Positions 9,081 through 17,330 of a stretch of DNA of 64,000 bases are shown here, one piece after another; position 1 is the stretch's first letter, and every line of letters begins with the position of its first letter. Source of the stretch: a virus (Duplodnaviria; Caudoviricetes); the IMG/VR virus record IMGVR_UViG_3300037249_000571, positions 3,527-67,526 of that record. One strand, written 5' to 3'. Position numbers and translations under genes: made by a program. The notes beneath the pieces are model-generated. The model did no database searches. It was not told where the DNA came from and worked only from the letters and a program-made list of their open reading frames with translations.

Positions 9081-10052
9081 TTATTCTATTGTCGAAGAAT
9101 CGTCGATGATAAGAGCACTGTCGTCCGTTTTTTCATCAGGGTCGCTTAAAACCGTATGCCGCAGGGATTCTTTCAGTTTATCGCAGCAAGGCTTGAAAGA
9201 AAGAAAAGTCACCGTACCTCCGATCACGCCGCCGACTACCGGAATCGCTTTCTTGAAGAATCCTGCAAATGCCTGCTTGGTGATCTTCTGCCCGAACCAT
9301 TTACCAATGCTTTTAACGATCGGGTAAATCGTTCCCTTGGTCAGCGCTTTTTTCATCAGCTGCCGTTCTACGCCCGTTGCCAGCGCGTTGGCGATCGCTT
9401 TCAATGCGTTGTTTGCTCCAGCCGCGCCATACATCACGCCCAAACACAAGGTCAGAATATTGATCGTTTCGGAATCGAACACATGATCTTTCTCGGTCGT
9501 ATCGATCTGCGGAAATCCGTACAGATACATCAGCTTCTGCGCGGCGCGTAGCATGAACCCGTAATACTGCGCGATATCTGCCGGAATCGTCGCCGCCATA
9601 GCCAGTCCGCCTGGCATTCCCAAAGCGGTCGAAATTCCGGAAACACAGTTGCGCTCATACGCGATCACCTGATCGGCAATTTTATCGATTTCGTCCTTCG
9701 GAATCCCGGCTTTTGACGGGGTGGACGCTACAGCAGCGTCAATGGTTTCCTGATCGTACTTTGTCTTAAACTCTGTTCTCAGAAAATTTTCCCGATTCAC
9801 CGAAAAGCCAGGAATACGCATCCCATGAATGATGAAATCCTCCAGGTCGATTTCGCCGTTTCCATTGGCATCAACCGCGCCGATGAGCGTGTTCTTTCCC
9901 TGGTCGATCAGCTCTCCGGCTTTTCCAGCCACACTGGTAACAGTTCCGCCCGCAGCCTGTATCGCACTGCCAACGGAATTTCCGACATTCTGTAAAACGC
10001 CGTTTACCGATTGGATCAGATTCGTTTCCTTGCTTTTATTCTCGTCATTCAT
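9081..10052 (-). CDS. moron: EcsC-like protein with an EF-hand-like loop
   Basis: 323 aa; DANGNGEIDLED Ca-binding-like loop; hydrophobic helices (TIPADIAQYYG) resembling EcsC family; own promoter and terminator (about 9021-9067). Confidence 0.55.
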   Translation of the reverse strand: MNDENKSKETNLIQSVNGVLQNVGNSVGSAIQAAGGTVTSVAGKAGELIDQGKNTLIGAVDANGNGEIDLEDFIIHGMRIPGFSVNRENFLRTEFKTKYDQETIDAAVASTPSKAGIPKDEIDKIADQVIAYERNCVSGISTALGMPGGLAMAATIPADIAQYYGFMLRAAQKLMYLYGFPQIDTTEKDHVFDSETINILTLCLGVMYGAAGANNALKAIANALATGVERQLMKKALTKGTIYPIVKSIGKWFGQKITKQAFAGFFKKAIPVVGGVIGGTVTFLSFKPCCDKLKESLRHTVLSDPDEKTDDSALIIDDSSTIE

Positions 10053-10120
10053 TCTCTATCACATCCGTTTCCGGCTACGCTTACGATATTGTTACAAATA
10101 TATGTATGCCTTGAATGTTT

Positions 10121-10149
10121 ATTATATCACATACCCCCCCCCCCCGGAA
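10121..10149 (-). promoter_or_regulatory. promoter with G12 homopolymer in spacer (TTCCGG-17-TATAAT, extended TG)
   Basis: plus-strand C12 at 10134-10145; TATAAT at 10126-10121 preceded by TGA; tandem ATTACGAAAT x2 at 10161-10180. Confidence 0.7.
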
Positions 10150-10182
10150 ATTAAATTTCTATTACGAAATATTACGAAATTA

Positions 10183-10533
10183 TTAACTATCGTTTGTCGC
10201 TTCCTCCGCAGCCACCGTGATGCGCCATTCATACTGCTTAGCCTGACGTTCAAAAGACTCAAGAACGGAAGCGGAGCTGGGCGGATCGAAAGCGATCTTC
10301 ACTTTAAGGTAAACGTAGGTCGGCACCAGATTCAGCAGTTTGTTCGTGCTGATAAAATCGCTCCACTTCGCTTCCTTGTTTTCGATAGCGAATCCGTCCT
10401 CGGGGCCAACGCCCAACTGTGTCAGGATAGCGAGCGCGGTGTTGATATGGATGATGATGTCGGTGTCAAAGTGCTCGTACTCTTCTTCCGGCCCGAGCAT
10501 CTTCTTGATCGATGTAAGGATGCTATCTTCCAT
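10183..10533 (-). CDS. probable head-tail connector (gp6-like)
   Basis: 116 aa, SILTSIKKML...FDTDIIIHIN, YVYLKVK..FDPP pattern. Confidence 0.55.
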   Translation of the reverse strand: MEDSILTSIKKMLGPEEEYEHFDTDIIIHINTALAILTQLGVGPEDGFAIENKEAKWSDFISTNKLLNLVPTYVYLKVKIAFDPPSSASVLESFERQAKQYEWRITVAAEEATNDS

Positions 10534-10536
10534 GGC

Positions 10537-11094
10537 CTACTCCTTTCTGCGATATTCCGCCAGAGCCTTTTGAAACTCCTCTGTATCGGCGTATCCGCAG
10601 GAATGAAACTCGGGGCAGAAACCGCGGTAGATACATTCCGGCACCATTACAGAGCCAAGCATGGGATCAGCTTCCGTCACTTTCTCCTTCACTTCCTGCC
10701 AGGCCGCCCTGGTTTCGGGAGAAGCCTGATTGCAAAGCCGCCGCCTGCTAATAAAAATCAATGCCTGGGCGTTCGCTTCGCACTCGTGATTTACCGGCGT
10801 GGCCTGCACGCTCATATCCCGGTTTACGCCGGTCCTGTCACTTCGCTGGGTGGAAACCCAATGCTCGATGCCGAACTTGTGCCGGACGAAATGCACGGAA
10901 ACCCAGCTTTTCAGGCCCTCCCAGCGCCAGGAAAACAGAATGCGCCGAATAGGGCTATGCTCCGCAAGAAGGATCGTTTTCTTCCAGGACGGCGAGGGAT
11001 ACACGCCTTCCCCGTCTTTATTGGCAGTGGTCCTGGCAGCTCTTTTTACCAAGAACCACCGATCGTAATACTCGGTCCATTTGATCATAGCCAT
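10537..11094 (-). CDS. thyX: ThyX/Thy1-like flavin-dependent thymidylate synthase homolog
   Basis: EHSP and RHKFGIEHWVSTQR (divergent RHRx7SxR motif). Confidence 0.6.
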   Translation of the reverse strand: MAMIKWTEYYDRWFLVKRAARTTANKDGEGVYPSPSWKKTILLAEHSPIRRILFSWRWEGLKSWVSVHFVRHKFGIEHWVSTQRSDRTGVNRDMSVQATPVNHECEANAQALIFISRRRLCNQASPETRAAWQEVKEKVTEADPMLGSVMVPECIYRGFCPEFHSCGYADTEEFQKALAEYRRKE

Positions 11095-11525
11095 ATTCCT
11101 TTCTCATTCTTTCTCCACGGGCAAGTATCAAAAGGTGTTCGCTCAACGAATCCAAGATCAAGCAGCGATTCGTCCCCGTAATGGATCGCATTGTGGGTCC
11201 TGTAACTTGCGCAGATCAAATATTCGGGGTCCAATATACTGGCTGTGATTCGTTTTAAGTCCTCAGGCAGCATGGGATTCATATGATGAATATATATAGC
11301 CCCTTTGATCTCACGGTCTAACATGCCAAGATCGCATCCGGTATCGCGAACGATAATGAAATCACGAATCTCCCGCCACTCTTTGGAATGATAAAACCGC
11401 TGGTTCAAATATCGGTCGAAGCCGAACGTCTCTTTTCCGACAGCCCCTTGCAGCCGCAGATACTTGTACCGATCAAGAAAAGAATCAAGAAGGATCAGCT
11501 CAGAATATGTCCTGATCGTCCGCAT
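11085..11525 (-). CDS. HNH endonuclease (packaging-associated)
   Basis: IVRDTGCDLG...IHHMNP...HNAIH. Confidence 0.8.
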   Translation of the reverse strand: MRTIRTYSELILLDSFLDRYKYLRLQGAVGKETFGFDRYLNQRFYHSKEWREIRDFIIVRDTGCDLGMLDREIKGAIYIHHMNPMLPEDLKRITASILDPEYLICASYRTHNAIHYGDESLLDLGFVERTPFDTCPWRKNEKGIWL

Positions 11526-11844
11526 GTCCGCTATACCTCTTGAACGCATCCATGGCTTCGGAAATCATCTGCTCCATTTTCTCCTGAGATTGCAAGGCCA
11601 GCCGCTTCGCCTCGGCCAATTCGATCTCGGCTTCCATTCGCTTTTGCTCCAATTTCGCCTGTTCGGTTCCAAGCTTGAGAAAATGGGTCGTTTCCTGCGA
11701 GGAAGCGGTGCCGTCACGCAATCGCTGCTCCACCAGATCGAAGGCGAGTGAGATCATCTGGTTCTCACGCCCGTTAGGAGTCAGCGCCGGTCTCAATGGC
11801 GGTAAAGCATGAGAAGGCTCCGCCACTTTTGGTCTTCTTCCCAT
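11500..11844 (-). CDS. probable terminase small subunit
   Basis: 114 aa, basic N-terminus, coiled-coil C-terminus, first gene of late cluster. Confidence 0.55.
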   Translation of the reverse strand: MGRRPKVAEPSHALPPLRPALTPNGRENQMISLAFDLVEQRLRDGTASSQETTHFLKLGTEQAKLEQKRMEAEIELAEAKRLALQSQEKMEQMISEAMDAFKRYSGHADDQDIF

Positions 11845-11874
11845 TACTTTAACCCCCGATAGAATATACTTCCA

Positions 11875-12005
11875 TGATACTTAAAAGAGCTTGCAGAGCG
11901 GTATCCAATCATATGGTGAAAGGAGGAAAGCCCACAAAAAAAAAGAAAAAAGGAGGTAAGAAGGTGATGAAGCTGCTCCCGCCCCGCAAACCCTTTTAAG
12001 TATCA
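11875..12005 (-). ncRNA. putative structured RNA: 27-bp stem enclosing a pyrimidine-rich loop with two anti-Shine-Dalgarno motifs
   Basis: arms 11875-11901 and 11979-12005; 23 Watson-Crick pairs plus 4 mismatches that are all G-U on the minus strand. Confidence 0.45.
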
Positions 12006-12080
12006 CGTTTTAGCCATCCCGAAAATATAACTTTTTTCCAACTTTTACCCCCGGAGAATTTTTAAGGAGGCGCGCGATGC

Positions 12081-12113
12081 AGGGAGGGGGTGGTTTTTTC
12101 AGACCCCCTCCCT
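12081..12113. other. perfect 11-bp GC-rich inverted repeat without U-tract
   Basis: AGGGAGGGGGT / ACCCCCTCCCT with 11-nt loop, directly after the RNAP operon. Confidence 0.6.
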
Positions 12114-12120
12114 ATGCTTA

Positions 12121-12375
12121 TTACATCTTCTTCATACTGCGTCTCACCTTCTTATAGATATTCCGGAAGTCATACTTGATGATCTCGTTGATCGCTGATT
12201 CAATTTCCCGATTGTTTTCTTCATCTGTCATTTCATCGCTTGTGTTAGCGATTCTTGCCAGATATTCACACGAGTCATAGCCTTTTTCTTTGTCAAACAG
12301 CAGCCACTGATTGAACTGAGTGAACGGATTGTACGGATTATCAAACGTTGTAAGCATACACGATTCGTTTGCCAT
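12121..12375 (-). CDS. small protein directly downstream of the RNAP gene
   Basis: 84 aa from MANESC with RBS; LTTFDNPYNPF motif. Confidence 0.7.
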   Translation of the reverse strand: MANESCMLTTFDNPYNPFTQFNQWLLFDKEKGYDSCEYLARIANTSDEMTDEENNREIESAINEIIKYDFRNIYKKVRRSMKKM

Positions 12376-12389
12376 TCCATTCACCCCTT

Positions 12390-15299
12390 TCATTTCAGGT
12401 ACTTGGATACCGTGGACGAGGAGATACCCAAAGCGTCCGCGATTTCGGAGGTCGTGTAGCCGGAACTCTTCATGGCCCTGATCTTCGCCTGCTTGCCCTC
12501 GGACAAAGCGCTCTGGCTTCTGGGCGTCGCATACGATCTGACCTGATCAATGTCCGCAAAGCGCAGGATCTGGTTCAGGATATTCTCGCTTATTGCGCCA
12601 GCCTGAATAGCTTCCCATCCTCTGGGCGTGATCTCAACGGGATTGCGCTGCGCTCCAAATCGGATTCGGGCGCGGCTCAAAGCCATCTGCGCTTGCTTTT
12701 TCTTTTCCTTATTGGTCATGTCTGGATTGGCTTTCACCATGGCGCTTACTTCGCTCTTGGCCGCAAGCTGTGCCTGCCGTTCGCGAGGCGCATTCTTGAG
12801 GGCGACGTTAAGCTGCGCCATCAGGTGATCGACTTCATCCCGATAGGTCTCCTTTGCGGTGGCGCTGTATTTGATGCGTCCCGTTGAAACCATTTCTTTT
12901 CTGGCCTGGTTCGCCATGGCCTTCATCTGGTTCGCATAGTGGGCGTATGCTTCTTCCTGAACGGTCCCAGAAGACAGCTTCCGGGCATCCCCGGTCTCCA
13001 TCATCTTGGTGGAATCCTGGGTACGCACCCTCGTCTTGCCGTTCTTATCCACATACTCCTCATGCACGCTCTTATACAGCAGGGCGCCTTCCGGCTTGGT
13101 CGGATCGTACCAATCTTTGCCCTTCTGGTTGATCTTGGGGGTACCGACCCGCTTTTCCACCGCAATAGGGCTCTTGGCCCGGGAGAGCAAGGTGGAAGCT
13201 CCGCCACGATCATTTCCATCTTCGTCGGTGTATCCCTGCCACTTGCGTTTCAGATAAGCAACCTCGTTGTCTACCTCGCTCTGCTTCCAGTCCAGCTTAT
13301 GCTTCTCGGCATCGATAACGACCATCGAATGCCGGACGGCTTTGGCGATGTCCCCTTCCGGCGCGCCTTTCAAGGTCATGTCGGTGATCAGATTGCTGAT
13401 CTTTCCCATTTCCATCTGGGTGTTCCGCATCACCTTGAACTCGTGTCCGTCACGATAATAATGCGTGACCCCATTTGCGTCCGTTTCTTTTCTGGAATAG
13501 CCGTAGCTCATTTTGGGATCGAAGCCTTCCAGCCCCTTCAGCGGTGGCGTGGAAGTGATCTTCACATTGCTGAAACGGGAATTGCAGGGGATCACCATGA
13601 CGGTATCACCGTCGAAGTCGGCCCCGGAAAGCCTGGCCGCAACGTTGGCGTTGATGCCGATGGCGTCGGCCGGTGTGTTGCCTAAAATCCGCATGCCATC
13701 CGGATGCTTGTTGTTCACCTTCAGGATCGGAATCTCAAACGTTCCACCATGCGGATACCGGATCAGCGCTACTGTTTCCCCATCATGGTAATTCGGCGCG
13801 TAGCATTCGTTGTCATTCAACGTGGCGATAGGAAGGATCACCTGATACTTCTGCCTGGGAAGCGCGGCAGCCTGCATGTGAACGGCAGCGGAATCGCAAT
13901 CGTTGGCAAAGGTCTCCAGTAATTGCTTCTTCACGGTCGGGTTGGTCAGGACGCAGATCTCTTCGTATTCCGTTTTCTTGTCGGCGAGGGCCAAGTTCAG
14001 CTGCTTGGTGATCAGCTGCATACTCTGCTTGGCTAAGAATTGGTGCGGCGTCGAATCCGCCCATTCTCCCCAATCGCCTTCCATGCGGGTCTTATTGATC
14101 AGGCCGAGCTTTCGCTCTCCATTCTCATCCGTGTATTCGTACTGGCCGCCCTCCTGCCGGAGCAGCGCGCCAAACGGATTATTCGGATCGTTGGTTTTGA
14201 TGGCTTTCAGCGCTTCAGAACCCGGCTTCTTGTTCGTGTTGAATATCACGTCAACGCCGTCGGGCATGTCGTCGCTGTAGAACGCCATCCCTTTCAGGTA
14301 CTTATCGCCATCTACCAGAATACGGACCTGCGCGTAGTGGCTGCCCTCCAGACTCAGATCGGCAACGCCGCGGCGAAGCTCGATCGTCCCGTCCTTTTCA
14401 ACACTGGTGTGTCCATCCGGCGTCGGATCGTCTCTGTACCGAACCAGAAGCCTGCTGGAATCCATGGAAGCAGGATATTGGAAGCCTTTTACGAATACGT
14501 CGTTTCCGTCCTCGTCCACGCGCATTTTGTAGTCGGTAATGGTATGGATTTGATCGAAATTGTAAATATCCTTATGCTCGGTTCCGGGCGGGCAAAGCAC
14601 TTTCAAATGGGTCACTTTGCCGGGGTTGGTAGCCTGCGGAACGCTGCCGCCATAAATGACATACCCTTCGTCTTCCAGCATCTTCAGCGCTTGATTCAGT
14701 TTTTCCTGACTGATGTTCAATTCTCTGGCAACGTCTCCAGTACCGGAAATGGCTTCTCCAAGCTCTTTTTCCACACCGGCGCCCACGTCGATCATGCCCT
14801 TTTCGTCCACCTGCGAGCGAAGAAAATCAGCGGTCGCTTTGGCAGCGTTCATTCGGGCGGCGGAGCGTTCGTTCAGCAGTGAGCGCAATGTGGATTCATT
14901 GATGCCCATTTCCCTTGCCACCTGGGCAGGACTCTTTCCGGCGTCCAGCAAAGCCTTGGCTCGATCAATGCGCTCGGAACGTTCGGCGTTGTGGTCATTG
15001 GCGTATCGCTTGCGAAGCTCCGTCGTACTGTCCAAACCAACGGCGGTAGCGATTTCTTTTTCGCTCAGGCCCTGCTTCCGCAATTCACGAACGCGGCTGG
15101 CAAAGTCTCCGCTGTGCTGGTAAGGATCGCCGCCGCTGCCCAAAGGATATCTTCCGGAACCGGGTCCTGGCGCGCCGTCCATTTTGCTGCGGCCGTAGTG
15201 TATCAGAAAATCATCGAAATCTTCCTCTCCGACGGCTAATGAATCCGCCAGTCCGTAAGACTCGGAGGGCGTCAATTCCTCATCCAGAATATAAGTCAT
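12390..15299 (-). CDS. single-subunit two-barrel RNA polymerase (YonO/RDR-like) fused to multiple HTH domains
   Basis: AQVR...LKG (barrel B), LIRYPH and LSGADFDGD at 13619-13605 (barrel A catalytic motif); three N-terminal and one C-terminal HTH. Confidence 0.8.
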   Translation of the reverse strand: MTYILDEELTPSESYGLADSLAVGEEDFDDFLIHYGRSKMDGAPGPGSGRYPLGSGGDPYQHSGDFASRVRELRKQGLSEKEIATAVGLDSTTELRKRYANDHNAERSERIDRAKALLDAGKSPAQVAREMGINESTLRSLLNERSAARMNAAKATADFLRSQVDEKGMIDVGAGVEKELGEAISGTGDVARELNISQEKLNQALKMLEDEGYVIYGGSVPQATNPGKVTHLKVLCPPGTEHKDIYNFDQIHTITDYKMRVDEDGNDVFVKGFQYPASMDSSRLLVRYRDDPTPDGHTSVEKDGTIELRRGVADLSLEGSHYAQVRILVDGDKYLKGMAFYSDDMPDGVDVIFNTNKKPGSEALKAIKTNDPNNPFGALLRQEGGQYEYTDENGERKLGLINKTRMEGDWGEWADSTPHQFLAKQSMQLITKQLNLALADKKTEYEEICVLTNPTVKKQLLETFANDCDSAAVHMQAAALPRQKYQVILPIATLNDNECYAPNYHDGETVALIRYPHGGTFEIPILKVNNKHPDGMRILGNTPADAIGINANVAARLSGADFDGDTVMVIPCNSRFSNVKITSTPPLKGLEGFDPKMSYGYSRKETDANGVTHYYRDGHEFKVMRNTQMEMGKISNLITDMTLKGAPEGDIAKAVRHSMVVIDAEKHKLDWKQSEVDNEVAYLKRKWQGYTDEDGNDRGGASTLLSRAKSPIAVEKRVGTPKINQKGKDWYDPTKPEGALLYKSVHEEYVDKNGKTRVRTQDSTKMMETGDARKLSSGTVQEEAYAHYANQMKAMANQARKEMVSTGRIKYSATAKETYRDEVDHLMAQLNVALKNAPRERQAQLAAKSEVSAMVKANPDMTNKEKKKQAQMALSRARIRFGAQRNPVEITPRGWEAIQAGAISENILNQILRFADIDQVRSYATPRSQSALSEGKQAKIRAMKSSGYTTSEIADALGISSSTVSKYLK

Positions 15300-15301
15300 G
15301 T

Positions 15302-15859
15302 TCAGCCCTCCTGTTCCTTGATCCTACGAATGATCTTATCGTAGTCGATGATCTTGTTCATGATGGGGAGAATCTCGTCGGCTCCCGGCTGATGGTACAG
15401 CACCTCGTCATTCTGGTATAGCCGGAGTTCGGTTTGTATCATACCGGGTTTTACCTTATATTCCAGGCAGAACAGCGCAGCGTACACCATCAGCTGCTCC
15501 ATGTGCGCCGGAGTCTTTCCGGTTTTCAGATCATGAATCCGAAGGAAATTCTGTCGGAACATGATCGCGTCGGCGGTGCCATAACAGTTCTCGCTGTAAA
15601 ACAAAACCTGCTCGGATTCCATCTTGTACTTGATGGCGTCGTTCACGAACATGTTCAGCGTCTTGTCCACCTTGGGAAGCTTCTGGCCGAGCTTGATGCA
15701 GGTGGACGCGAAGGCGTGCAGCTCAACGCCTTGCTGGGTTGCCAGGAAATTGCGGTACGCTTCCGCTATTTTGTCTGAATCATAATTGATCCAGTGAAAT
15801 TTACTTGCCGACAGGAAGGCGTGGGTTCCCTCCAAGTCCGAATGCTTGTTCCAGTTCAT
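15302..15859 (-). CDS. PD-(D/E)XK nuclease (DUF2800/Cas4-like)
   Basis: HAFLSAS, GTADAI, IHDLKTG, QLMVYA motifs. Confidence 0.75.
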   Translation of the reverse strand: MNWNKHSDLEGTHAFLSASKFHWINYDSDKIAEAYRNFLATQQGVELHAFASTCIKLGQKLPKVDKTLNMFVNDAIKYKMESEQVLFYSENCYGTADAIMFRQNFLRIHDLKTGKTPAHMEQLMVYAALFCLEYKVKPGMIQTELRLYQNDEVLYHQPGADEILPIMNKIIDYDKIIRRIKEQEG

Positions 15860-16133
15860 GCAGGACTTCCTCCTTGTTCTCGGGAAATATGAATCTCGAA
15901 AAGGACATGCCATCCATGAGCTTGACATAATATTCCTGATTGGGCTGACGGTGCGCCTTGGCGCTTTTCTTACACTCCAGCGCGGCCCAATGTTTTCCCC
16001 AGAGAATCAACAGATCGGGAATGCCCTGAATATACCCGGAGTCCAGCTTAATGACCATGCAGCCGATGAAGCGCTTCTTGACTTCGCGAATCAATGCGTT
16101 CTGAAATCTGCTTTCAAGCTTTCTGCCTTTCAT
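15801..16133 (-). CDS. VRR-NUC domain nuclease
   Basis: ESRFQ, GIPDLLIL, ALECKK, QPNQ motifs; start at MKGRK with GAGGAG RBS. Confidence 0.8.
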   Translation of the reverse strand: MKGRKLESRFQNALIREVKKRFIGCMVIKLDSGYIQGIPDLLILWGKHWAALECKKSAKAHRQPNQEYYVKLMDGMSFSRFIFPENKEEVLHELEQAFGLGGNPRLPVGK

Positions 16134-16195
16134 TAAGCTGGCTCCTCTCTCCGGGCGTAAACGAAAAGAGAGAAGGCGCGTATTGTCTTCTCTCT

Positions 16196-16224
16196 TCATA
16201 AAAGGGCATGTTTTTTTCGCGGAA
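16196..16224 (-). promoter_or_regulatory. phage-specific promoter-like motif upstream of VRR-NUC/nuclease/RNAP operon
   Basis: TTCCGC-G-16nt-TTATGA, same geometry as nine other copies. Confidence 0.7.
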
Positions 16225-16271
16225 ATATAAAAAGCCCGTGTTTATATTTTCACGGACTTTCGTTTGTTATG

Positions 16272-16586
16272 TCAAAGCATGGGGTCGTCAGACTTGATAG
16301 GGTATAGGGCGCAGTGCTTCTTGCAGAACGGATAGTTTTCATGGCAGCTTGCAACGCAGGCGCTTCCGGGCGGATCGGCACCGATATAATTCATATACTC
16401 GGCGCGGCTCTCTATTTCCTGCCCGCAGTCGGCGCAGTACCAAATATGCTTTTTCGGTTCCCACTTCATGCTCCCGCCGCATTGATCGCAGGAGACAGCG
16501 TCGCCGTTCTCGTCATAAGCTCCGCATTCCCATTCCTTGTTCATGTCCAGTCGATATATTTCCTCATAGTCGTCAAATGAATTCAT
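16272..16586 (-). CDS. moron: Cys-rich zinc-finger protein
   Basis: CDQC, CADC, C..SC, CKKHC; own promoter and terminator (about 16229-16260). Confidence 0.65.
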   Translation of the reverse strand: MNSFDDYEEIYRLDMNKEWECGAYDENGDAVSCDQCGGSMKWEPKKHIWYCADCGQEIESRAEYMNYIGADPPGSACVASCHENYPFCKKHCALYPIKSDDPML

Positions 16587-16610
16587 GTAAGCACCTCCTG
16601 GCTCTCCGTC

Positions 16611-16640
16611 ATTGTACCAAAGTTCAATGCAGATTGCAAG
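16611..16640 (-). promoter_or_regulatory. sigmaA-type promoter TTGCAA-18-TGgTACAAT
   Basis: near-consensus -35 and extended -10 upstream of GGAGGT RBS of 16272..16586. Confidence 0.65.
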
Positions 16641-16711
16641 GAGTGTCTCTGGGTCTTGGGAACCTTGTGTCGGTCTTATAGCATCCCTCCAATTTTTGTG
16701 AAAAACAAGGC

Positions 16712-16955
16712 TCTGCCCATTTGCCCACTTTTTATCCCTATTATATATAAAATATAATTTTTTCTTTTCGCGTTTAATAAGGAATAAAAGTGGGAAAGTG
16801 GGCAGAAAGTCCGCAAAGCCTTATATTTCCTCACTTTTTCGTGCCCACTTTTGTTTTCAAAACCGGGCATTTGCCCACTTTTTTTGGCCATTTTTCAATT
16901 TTGTTCGCGCTGTTTTTCTCCGTTGCCCAAACAAAACCGGGCAGAGCCCACTTTT
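16712..16955. repeat. iteron-like repeat cluster, candidate replication origin
   Basis: GCCCACTTT at 16723, 16843, 16873, 16946; inverted copies at 16787 (1 mismatch) and 16795; AT-rich core about 16731-16790. Confidence 0.55.
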
Positions 16956-16979
16956 TTCGGACAAAGTTGGCCACGAAAA

Positions 16980-17330
16980 TCACTCGTCTCCGGCCGCTCT
17001 GTTCAGCGATTTTTCCGCTTCAAAACGCTCGGGATACCTGGCCCGCAGCTTCTGGACGTTCATCTGAAAGATCTCTTCCAGCGAATATCCCAGGGCGTCC
17101 GCGCTCACCGCCAGATACCAGGCCACATCCCCAAGCTCCTTCGCCAGGTGCTCCCGATGCATGTCATGCCCCTGAAACAGATGCTTCTTCAGAATGTCCA
17201 TGGCCTCGCCCGCTTCGCCGTTTAGGCCCATCAGACCCTGGATCAATCTGAAATTCGTTAGAAGCCGGGAACTCGTCCCCATATGACTCTCCGTCCGCAG
17301 CGCTTCCTTCTGGTACTCGTTCGGGCTCAT
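16980..17330 (-). CDS. MazG-like nucleotide pyrophosphohydrolase
   Basis: GLNGEAGEAMDILKK...ELGDVAWY. Confidence 0.85.
   Translation of the reverse strand: MSPNEYQKEALRTESHMGTSSRLLTNFRLIQGLMGLNGEAGEAMDILKKHLFQGHDMHREHLAKELGDVAWYLAVSADALGYSLEEIFQMNVQKLRARYPERFEAEKSLNRAAGDE

Noticed and set aside
16676-16891. 71-aa ORF and overlapping ORFs in this gap
   Set aside because: Made of the iteron-like repeats; low complexity and no convincing RBS
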